26,009 nt of DNA from NCBI GenBank assembly GCA_038845975.1, contig JAWBQF010000034.1:1-26009 (forward strand), read 5' to 3'. The DNA comes from Candidatus Methanomethylicia archaeon. GTDB lineage: Archaea > Thermoproteota > Methanomethylicia > CALHIW01. The notes below the pieces were generated by a model, which saw nothing but the letters and a program-made list of their open reading frames with translations, was not told the DNA's origin and did no database searches. How positions within the stretch are numbered: position 1 is the stretch's first letter; the number at the start of each line of letters is the position of its first letter. The translations under genes were made by a program, and so were the position numbers. Positions 18,126 through 26,009 of the stretch are shown piece by piece.

Positions 18126-18821
18126 CTAACCAGGTTTAATTAATGTCCCAACATGCTTTCCAATAATTATTTCTAATATACTTTCTGGCTTATAACCGTT
18201 AATTACATAGACAGGTACTTCTAATCTTTTCAGCAGTACTAGAGATAAAGCATCGAATAACCCATACTCTCCTGCTTGATAGTTAACATTTAAGATTTTC
18301 GTCAATTCAGATACACTTACTTCATTGAGAAATTTAGCATTAGGATATTTCTTTGGATCTTTATCATAAACACCATCAACATCTGTAGTTATAATTAAAG
18401 TTTTTGCTTTCATAATTTCGGCAAGTAATACTGCTACAGTATTTGTTGACTGCCCTGGCTGTAAGCCACCAGTAATTACTATTCTATCTTGATCATTCAT
18501 AACTATTTCAAGAAGTTCATCATAGCTATTCGGTATACCTATATAACATTCTCTCCCTAAAATACTTGCAATCAATTTGGCATTTAGTCTAGATATCTCA
18601 ATACCAATTAAATCACAAATACTATTAGGTAAACTAAAATTTTTTAATATTTTAATATAATTTCTTGCTATGTTTCCTCCCCCAGTTACCAAACCAATTC
18701 TATAACCTTTAGTTTTAACCTTTAAGATAATAGTTATAAGTCTTCTTAGTAAGTCAAAATTTAAATTAGAAAAATATACATGTCCGCTAAGTTTAATAAC
18801 TATATTGTCTTCTTGTTCCAT
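18126..18821 (-). CDS. pyrH: Uridylate kinase
   Basis: VIKLSG, VTGGGNIAR, DLIGIEISRLNA, GGLQPGQST, TDVDGVYDKDP. Confidence 0.95.
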   Translation of the reverse strand: MEQEDNIVIKLSGHVYFSNLNFDLLRRLITIILKVKTKGYRIGLVTGGGNIARNYIKILKNFSLPNSICDLIGIEISRLNAKLIASILGRECYIGIPNSYDELLEIVMNDQDRIVITGGLQPGQSTNTVAVLLAEIMKAKTLIITTDVDGVYDKDPKKYPNAKFLNEVSVSELTKILNVNYQAGEYGLFDALSLVLLKRLEVPVYVINGYKPESILEIIIGKHVGTLIKPG

Positions 18822-19206
18822 AAATTCTAAATTTCCATAATTTTATAAAATTTATCCCGCTTTGAATGATCTTGTAAATTGAGCCTCTATCTGGAATGTC
18901 TACCTTTTCAGATTATGTGACAAAAATTCGTTAAGTTTAGGACCTATCTCGACCAGGCTACGCCAATATGTGTTTTCCTGAATAAAGGAATCATTAAGCT
19001 AAATGATACAAAACTTAACGACAGGAATGAAGTTTTAAGGATAAGTATTGAAAAAGATAAGCTCTTAGAAATCATAAGCATAAACTAAAGTAAGACGACA
19101 TTTTTCGTAAACATAGTTGTATATACAGTTGTCAATGAGTATTACTCCGATAGCAAATCATGAGGAAAATGTGTTTTCATACCTTTATAATTTGCCGGTG
19201 AGTTGA

Positions 19207-19306
19207 TGCGGGGGGTGGGATTTGAACCCACGAAGGCCTATGCCACAGGGTTTCCTAGATAAAACACCTAAGCCCTGCGCCTTTGACCAAGCTTGGCGAC
19301 CCCCGC
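19207..19306 (-). tRNA. tRNA-Leu(TAG) with a 15-nt intron at 37/38 (19252-19266)
   Basis: Acceptor GCGGGGG/CCCCCGC-A, anticodon stem CAGGG/CCCTG, BHB helix CTTA/TAGG, long variable arm. Confidence 0.93.
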
Positions 19307-19484
19307 ACATTATACTTGTTAGAATTAGGTATTTGGCTAATTATAAAGATTTTGTTCTTAAACATTTAATCAATATTTACTATGTTCAAAGATGATCATA
19401 CCAGACATTTGTATTTTAATTGAAATGTTAATCCAAACCATTGCATTTCACTGGTCAAGTTCTAGCCATTCTTATAATAGTTAT

Positions 19485-19630
19485 AGCTATGGCTGGTAAA
19501 GCTATGAGTACCATAGGATGTATGTGGTTATGCTTGTTTATCGCTTAATGTATAATCTCTTTGGTGTGAATTCTTTTCACTATTGGGAAGAGTTGTTCCG
19601 ATACTCCTATTCCTCTAAAAGTACTTTAAA
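19485..19630 (+). pseudogene. Possible decayed transposase N-terminus (IS5-like)
   Basis: Frameshifted reading YEYHRMYVVMLVYRLMYNL/(S)W.EF...IP.KSTL loosely resembles the LS.R...P..STL pattern of transposase N-termini. Confidence 0.3.
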
Positions 19631-20274
19631 AATTTTAGGTTTAGATTTTGAAGTAGATCATTGCTTATTGTATAACCTGTTAAGAATATTTGTTCCAAGG
19701 TTTAGATTCTAAATAGATTGTTGCAATAGGAGTTTCAAAATTCTCTTTTGTCAATCATAAAATTAAGCTTCTTCGGCTCTCAATTACCTATGCCGGAAAA
19801 GATACATTAGCACTCAAGAAGCGCTGGCGCTAGAATTAGGGAGCACTCTTAAAAGCGTGAACTAATCATTAAATGAATCGTAGTAGCTTAATAGTGTAAA
19901 CTTGAGACTAAGAATACATTAGCATACACCTAAATCTCACCTTAAAAGTTATTGACAGTCAAGCATTTAACTTGATGAGAACTAAAGTTTTTAAAGTGAT
20001 TTCAGGTTATAAGTCACATATATAGCATATTAAGACCTCATAGTTTACCTTAAAATATTTTTGTGCTAAGATGTTAGAGGTCGTAATAAAAATAAGTCAC
20101 AGTCATTTTTAGTAAAAAAGTGACTTAATAACCAAAGTAGTTCTTCTAAGGGCATGATCTCTTAAGCGGAAACATGTTTTTAGTAAATGTCAAGATTCTG
20201 ATGATCAATTATACTTTCTATTTATAATAGATCCAGGAATTACTGATTTAGATTTGTCGACTAAACTGAGGTTA

Positions 20275-20349
20275 TAGCGGGGGGTGGATTTGAACCACCG
20301 ACCTCCGGGTTATGAGCCCGGCGGGGTAACCTAGCTCCCCTACCCCGCT
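20275..20349 (-). tRNA. Initiator tRNA-Met(CAT)
   Basis: AGCGGGG...CCCCGCT-A with an A1:U72 pair and three consecutive G-C pairs in the anticodon stem (CCGGG-CTCATAA-CCCGG). No intron. Confidence 0.95.
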
Positions 20350-20998
20350 TTAGTAAGTAAAAAATAGTGAAGCTATAAACTTTATGGTATACTTATAGAA
20401 CTGGGCAACTTGACACAAGCCTGCCTGAGCCTTATGTTTCTAACTATATTTCATCGAGTTTAATCTAAGATTTAGACTTGACTATCAATTACATAGTGCT
20501 TTCTCATTTAACCATTGATTATATTCATAAACTAAACAATTAACCACGTACGCTTTGACATCTAAGTTGCAGGATTCTACTTAAACACTGGTTTACTAAG
20601 ATTCTTCTCTTTATTTATGGTTTAAACTTGAATATTCTAATCTTCATTATTGTAGGAGTTACACATCTATACTACGGTTTATCTTAAGAGTTTTTAATTC
20701 AAATTTGACGATAGAAATGTTGAATGGTTATGATTAATGATACTGGAATCATTGCAAACTCTAGGATTAAGATTAGAATATAGAACGATGGAAGATTTCA
20801 AGTGAGAAGTAACTTAAAAAGAAGACAAAATACATTTTATCATAGATGAGTATAAGAGAGAATTAATTAATCTAAAGATCTTCCTGATTTATTTAGTCTA
20901 TATTATAAGACTACAAATGGCATGACCTATCTGAATGCTATTTATTTCCAGAAAATAGTAAATTTAAATTTTAGAAGCTTAATATTAATCAGGTAACT

Positions 20999-22285
20999 AT
21001 GTATTGGAGTGAAATTAGAGATCCTGTTCACGGATATATTTCTATTACTGAACTAGAAAGAGAAATTATTGATACTGTTTATATTCAGCGGTTACATAAT
21101 ATTAAGCAATTAGGTGGAGCTTATTTAACATATCCAGGTGCGGTTCATACTAGGTTTATTCATTCTATTGGTGCCATGTATTTAGTCAGTATTCTTGGTG
21201 AAACTTTAAAAAGACAGGAAATTATTAGTGAAGATGATAAGATTAAGTTAAGATTAGCTGCTTTACTCCATGATGTTGGCCATGGTCCTTTTTCACATCT
21301 TTATGAAGAAATAGCCATTAAATATCTTGGCAAAACTCATGAAGATCTTGCAACATGGATTATAGTTAATAGTGAAATTAAAGATATAATTTCTAAATAT
21401 GGCTTTAATTATAAGGAAGTTTCTGAATTATGTGTTGGTCGCAGCCTAACAAATAAACGATTCTTAAATGAGGCTATAGCGGGTCCTGTCGATGTTGATA
21501 AGCTTGACTTTTTGATGCGTGATTCTTATTTTACCGGTGTTGAGTATGGCTATGTTGATGTACAGAGATTGTTAAACTCAATAACTGTAGTGAATGATCA
21601 TCTAGCAATAGATACAGCATCTATTTCTGCGCTTGAAGCATATATTATTGCCAGATATGAGATGTTTAAGGCTGTTTACTATCATAGAACGGTTAGAAGC
21701 GCTAATTTAATGCTTATAAAAATTATGGATTATGCCAAGGACTATTTAGGACTGATTTCTTTCACTACACCAGAAGAGTATTCAAAGCTTTATGATTCGT
21801 CAATTTTATTATTGATGAATTTTGTAAAGGAAAAAGATGAAAATTTGAGGAGAGCTCTAACATTTTATAATTTACTTAAAGAAAGAAGACTTTTAAAATG
21901 TGCATTTGAAACATTAGTTCATGTTAAGAACAAGTTTGTAAGTGAGCTTTTTACACTAGAAAAACTAAGAAGAGAAATAGAAGAGGAAATAGAAAGAAAG
22001 GCACATATACCTCCAGATTCTGTATTCATTGATGTCCCCACATTGCCAAGCATTCCTTTAAGTAAACACCAAACTGACCCTATGGAAATAATGATATTCA
22101 GCGAAAGAACTAATGGAGAAAAGGTTTTAAAAAAGCTTTCAAGTGTTTCTGAACTTGCTTCAGCATTAAAGCTGTACTTAAACGTTATCAGGGTGTATAC
22201 ATTTCCTGAATATAGAAATGAAGTGGCAAAAGCAACTAACGAAGTATTTGGCGTTTCACCAATATCAAATAAGGTTAGCTTCTAG
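20999..22285 (+). CDS. HD-superfamily phosphohydrolase (SAMHD1/dNTP triphosphohydrolase-like)
   Basis: IRDPVHG, QRLHNIKQLG, HTRFIHSIG, LLHDVGHGPFSH, DVDKLDFLMRD, VYYHRTVR. Confidence 0.92.
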   Translation: MYWSEIRDPVHGYISITELEREIIDTVYIQRLHNIKQLGGAYLTYPGAVHTRFIHSIGAMYLVSILGETLKRQEIISEDDKIKLRLAALLHDVGHGPFSHLYEEIAIKYLGKTHEDLATWIIVNSEIKDIISKYGFNYKEVSELCVGRSLTNKRFLNEAIAGPVDVDKLDFLMRDSYFTGVEYGYVDVQRLLNSITVVNDHLAIDTASISALEAYIIARYEMFKAVYYHRTVRSANLMLIKIMDYAKDYLGLISFTTPEEYSKLYDSSILLLMNFVKEKDENLRRALTFYNLLKERRLLKCAFETLVHVKNKFVSELFTLEKLRREIEEEIERKAHIPPDSVFIDVPTLPSIPLSKHQTDPMEIMIFSERTNGEKVLKKLSSVSELASALKLYLNVIRVYTFPEYRNEVAKATNEVFGVSPISNKVSF

Positions 22286-22545
22286 GCTATTAGAGAAGTA
22301 TTTCGCTAATTTAATTTGAATTACTCATATTAGACCATACCTTTACAGATATTATGTCTAATAAATATAGGTAGAGATTAAGTTTGAAGTTAATTTTATT
22401 TGCTAAAAGATATGGAAATGTTAGTCCAAATAATTTTTGTGATGTTCAGAAAAATACAATAGGAAGTAATTATAATTATGTACTAGTACTTTTATAAGGT
22501 ATATCTACTTATATTCCAGTATTAGATTTTAGAATAAACTAGAGC

Positions 22546-23070
22546 GTGGTGATTAACATTATTGGTAATAATTTAGCATGGGCCATGTTTATAATTCTTC
22601 CAGCATATTTTGCTAATGGAATACCTGTGTTGACCCCTTTAATCTTTAGACGACGGATACCTATAGATTTGGGACTTACATTTATTGATGGTAAAAGATT
22701 AATAGGCGATAATAAAAGTATTCAGGGGGTGATTTTAGGGATAGTAAGTGGATTATTCATTGGGAAGTTACAAAGTATACTTCTAAATGATTATATGTTT
22801 ATTACACGAGCATTAGTACTAAGTTTAGGTTCAGTTTGCGGGGATATTCTTGGCTCATTTATAAAAAGGCGATTAAGAATTGAGCCTGGAGGGACTCTAC
22901 CTGTAGTCGACCAAATGAGCTTTATTTTAGTAGCAATATTATTGTATATTATAATCTTTGGAGATTTAAATGACATACAGATACTTTTTGTACTAGGAAT
23001 TACGCCAATAATACACTTAATTGCAAATATATTTGCACATATATTGGGGATTAAGAAGGTGCCTTACTAG
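22546..23070 (+). CDS. carS: CDP-archaeol synthase
   Basis: PAYFANG, PIDLG..FIDGKRLIGDNKS, GDILGSFIKRRL, DQ, GIKKVPY; multiple TM helices. Confidence 0.93.
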   Translation: MVINIIGNNLAWAMFIILPAYFANGIPVLTPLIFRRRIPIDLGLTFIDGKRLIGDNKSIQGVILGIVSGLFIGKLQSILLNDYMFITRALVLSLGSVCGDILGSFIKRRLRIEPGGTLPVVDQMSFILVAILLYIIIFGDLNDIQILFVLGITPIIHLIANIFAHILGIKKVPY

Positions 23071-23432
23071 ACACACTAGTAATTCATGAAAACCTACCAA
23101 TAGTAATGTTGTTATAGTTCTTTATTTTAAAAGATGTTCCCTATGAACTTATAAGATTTAGCTTAAATAAGTTCTCATTAACAACTACATAAACTCTTAC
23201 ATTACCTCTAATTAAACACACCCCTACCAGCTCTCCAGCTATATGACTATCCATAGCTATCTTGTTCATGCCCTAAATTTTAGAAACTTAATCATCCTGT
23301 ACACAAGTCCTGAAAACTTCAGTATTCCCATAGTCACATATACTATACTAGAATCCCCCACTTATGCCCTATACTAACAAGAAATTGTATGATTTTCTAA
23401 GTTGTCATATTCATAGAGACCTACATAAATTA

Positions 23433-23846
23433 TTAATATATGCCCGCTGTTTTTACATTATTCAGAAACATTAAACCAAGTATTGATATAGATACTAAAA
23501 TTATACCTACTACAATCCATATTTGTGCCGTTTTAGAGTCATATACAAAGGTGACTGATTTATCTATCAACAAAATTCCTAGCACACCTAAAACTATGAA
23601 AAACATTACGGCCATAGTTTCAGAGCTTGTTTGCTCTATACCTAACACTGTTGTTAACGAGCTTGGGATTACGAACACAGCTTTCTGACCTACTGTAATA
23701 GCAGAAGGGGGAAATGGATTTGTAAAGATTATATAAATGCCTCCGCTTAGTATAAACACCACTAGTAATACTGTAGATAAAATGATTGTATTTCTCGATA
23801 AAGCAACCATTTTCTTTAATGCTTTAATTAATGATTTAATGAGCAT
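23433..23846 (-). CDS. Three-TM protein resembling oligosaccharyltransferase subunit OSTC/DC2 (OST3/OST6 TM region)
   Basis: SGGIY.I...PP, ...F..., Q...E, G.LG.LLID pattern. The start may be ATG 23810. Confidence 0.7.
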   Translation of the reverse strand: MLIKSLIKALKKMVALSRNTIILSTVLLVVFILSGGIYIIFTNPFPPSAITVGQKAVFVIPSSLTTVLGIEQTSSETMAVMFFIVLGVLGILLIDKSVTFVYDSKTAQIWIVVGIILVSISILGLMFLNNVKTAGIY

Positions 23847-23893
23847 GATTTAAATTAGTGCTGGAGAGTAATATATTTTATCTTTGAATGATT

Positions 23894-24626
23894 GGCTTTG
23901 TTAACTTAAGCATGTTTTATCACATCTATTTTTGGTATTATGTTTTCTATGAATTCTTTAGCTTTTATTTTCTTGTTAATCCATGTTTGTTTAGTATGTA
24001 TATTATTGATTTTATAAGCATTAATACATGTTCACCATCACATCTATCCTTCATACACGGTATATAATTATCGAATAGCTTAGTTCTATCCTTAACATAC
24101 TGTATTATTCTCTCCATTAGATTCTTAACCTCTAAACTATACAATGTTTTAATTTTAATATTCTACTGCTTTATAATAATGAGCTCCATCACTTAATACA
24201 ATTATATTTGAACCATAAATAGCTCTAATCTTTTTAAGGAATGCTAGTGATGTAAGCATGTTTGCAACATCACAAACCCATATGTAGAGAATTCTCCTCA
24301 ATAATGGCTCGAATGCAACATAAATAACCTTACTCTTAAAACCTACTTACAATAGTATCATCAACCATAACAATCCTAACATCCCTCCTATCAAAATCAA
24401 TAGAAGATTAAAGATCTAAACCACGATAATATAGATACATAGCTCCTAACAATAATGAAGCTTAGAATATCTGAAGCCATCCTAAATGAACATGAACGAA
24501 AATATATATGAGCAACATAACAACTAGAGTAAATGGAGTTCTCTACCTAACAAACTTAACAACTTTAACCATAATTCACCGTAAACAAGAGAGAGACCCC
24601 CAAATAAATCTAAAGTTAACAAAGCC
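23894..24626 (-). mobile_element. Full-length IS6-family element (733 bp) with pseudogenised transposase and 8-bp TSD
   Basis: 14-bp TIRs GGCTTTGTTAACTT. Direct repeat GAATGATT at 23886-23893 and 24627-24634. DDE motifs VDDT, SDGAHYY and NLMERIIQYVKDRT lie in shifted frames. Confidence 0.92.
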
Positions 24627-24639
24627 GAATGATTCAAAA

Positions 24640-24770
24640 TTTCATGTAAAATATTAAGTTTAAAACATTACATACATTGTAGAATTAAGAACCTAATGGA
24701 GAGAGCAATTAAGTATGTTAAGGATGGAGCTAGATATTTGATAACTAAATATCATGTATTAAACATGAAT
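24640..24770 (+). pseudogene. Further IS6 transposase C-terminal relic, inverted relative to the adjacent element
   Basis: CKILSLKHYIHCRIKNLMERAIKYVKDG is homologous at DNA level to 24085-24160. Confidence 0.7.
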
Positions 24771-24874
24771 GTAATAAATTCTATAACAGAAACTTCTTAA
24801 CGCTTAATTAGAAGTATTAACGAGTTATTAAAAAGGGTAAAAACTTATAAGTATATTATTGCAATATAATAAGT

Positions 24875-25036
24875 ATGCCTTTACTAATAAAATGTAGAAA
24901 ATGCGGATTTAATTTTACTGGTGTAAAGGAGAAGTTAACATCACCTGTAGATATATCGCGACGATATGAGAGATGCCCTCGATGCTTGTCTAAACTAAAG
25001 CGGAATAATTTTGAAGTTGTACTTAATAGGAATTGA
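24875..25036 (+). CDS. Small Zn-ribbon protein (53 aa); absent from the ORF track
   Basis: MPLLIKCRKCGFNFTGVKEKLTSPVDISRRYERCPRCLSKLKRNNFEVVLNRN with two CxxC pairs. BRE/TATA-like AAAACTTATAA lies ~25-35 bp upstream. Confidence 0.8.
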   Translation: MPLLIKCRKCGFNFTGVKEKLTSPVDISRRYERCPRCLSKLKRNNFEVVLNRN

Positions 25037-25805
25037 TTCTTTCTTCTCTCCACTTGTTAAATATCCGCATATACATACATTCCTTTGGAGATATGCACAT
25101 GTCAGTTAATCTAATTTTTCTGTCTGTAAGTGTTATTGGAGCATCCTTAATTAAAACAACAGCATTTTTCCTGCTTTTATTCATTAAAATTTCAGCAGCC
25201 GAAGCCAGATTGTCTGCTATAGCTAACCAGGTTATTTTTAAAGTTCGGCCATAAATGTCCTTTTCTCCTCTACAATCAATGACTGGTTCGAATCCTGAAA
25301 CTGCAAGAGCTAGACCTACATTTCCAAGTCTAAGGGGTTGTGTCCTGCTGTCACTTATTATTACACCTACTTTTACTTTAAATAAATCATAAATAGATTT
25401 TCTAAAGTCTTCTGCCCATTCTTCAGGTCTTTCTGGAAGTAAAACTACATGATTAGGCGGTGCATTTGATTTATCTATGCCAGCATTTGCCATTAAAATA
25501 CTGTTTTTAATGCATAAGAGAACTCTTGGTATTCCGCCAAGAACCTCATCAGATTCCTTTATTATTAGTTCAACTATTCTTGGATCTATTAAATATCTTT
25601 TGCCTAGAGCTACTGCATTTCTAGATGGAGAAATATTGACATACGATACGACACGGCCTTGAGAGGTTGCAACAACTTTACTTGAAATTACAAATACATC
25701 TCCATTATTAATTTTGATGTTCATTTTTAAAATTTTCTTTATTATAATGTCTAGCAATGGATCTCCTTTTTTTATTAGCGGAAGCCTAATCGGAAACATT
25801 CTCAT
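25023..25805 (-). CDS. cofE: Coenzyme F420-0:L-glutamate ligase (CofE family)
   Basis: PLIKKGD, SSKVVATSQGR, ANAGIDKSN, VIISDS..PLR.G, DIYGRTL, ADNLASAA. Confidence 0.88.
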   Translation of the reverse strand: MRMFPIRLPLIKKGDPLLDIIIKKILKMNIKINNGDVFVISSKVVATSQGRVVSYVNISPSRNAVALGKRYLIDPRIVELIIKESDEVLGGIPRVLLCIKNSILMANAGIDKSNAPPNHVVLLPERPEEWAEDFRKSIYDLFKVKVGVIISDSRTQPLRLGNVGLALAVSGFEPVIDCRGEKDIYGRTLKITWLAIADNLASAAEILMNKSRKNAVVLIKDAPITLTDRKIRLTDMCISPKECMYMRIFNKWREERINSY

Positions 25806-25871
25806 AATGGAGTCTACTGAGATAATATATAAAAGTAGCTTCGTAATTCAGTATTTATTTCTGGTATTTTT

Positions 25872-26009
25872 GGCTTTGTTAGCTTTAGTTTTATTTTGGA
25901 GTTTTCTTCCTTATTTATGGTGTTGGTAGGTCTAATGTTATCTTATTAGGGTGGGTGCTTTGTTTGTTTTGTTTATGTTGTTGTATGTTTGTTATCTGGT
26001 ATGTCTTTA
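25872..26009 (+). mobile_element. IS6-derived MITE end, truncated by the window edge
   Basis: Begins with TIR GGCTTTGTTAGCTT. It is the reverse complement of 17733-17855 with one substitution and a 15-bp indel. Confidence 0.88.

Noticed and set aside
23215-23400. C-rich intergenic stretch containing ACACACCCCT and CTGAAAACT
   Set aside because: Only short matches to the ORB tail and the IS5 end, with no supporting structure.
24856-25053. 65-aa minus-strand ORF
   Set aside because: It is antisense to the CxxC-CxxC microprotein.
25160-25190. CofE segment MNKSRKNA replacing the usual MGE..E..P motif
   Set aside because: It could be natural divergence or a local compensated frameshift; this cannot be judged without an alignment.

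Overview
AT-rich archaeal chromosomal window, probably a TACK-type lineage. This is inferred from PolD together with Elf1, Sec61beta, ZPR1 and an OSTC/DC2-like protein, and the GC-rich tRNAs suggest a thermophile. It holds the likely replication origin: DP1 convergent with orc1/cdc6, then a perfect 28-bp inverted ORB pair around an AT-rich unwinding element. Next come a top6A gene with no top6B partner, a third canonical ORB about 2.2 kb away, and two convergent uncharacterised winged-helix genes. The rest is mostly housekeeping: ZPR1, Sec61beta, glyA-mazG-CBS, elf1-DP2, gcvH, pyrH, an HD phosphohydrolase, carS and cofE. There are four tRNAs, three with introns, one at the non-canonical 45/46 position. 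Intergenic DNA carries many decayed IS6 and IS5 elements and MITEs. Two probable genes are missing from the ORF track: a PadR-like wHTH lacking a canonical start (9318-9602) and a 53-aa Zn-ribbon protein (24875-25036). All family assignments come from motif recognition by eye; no searches were run.
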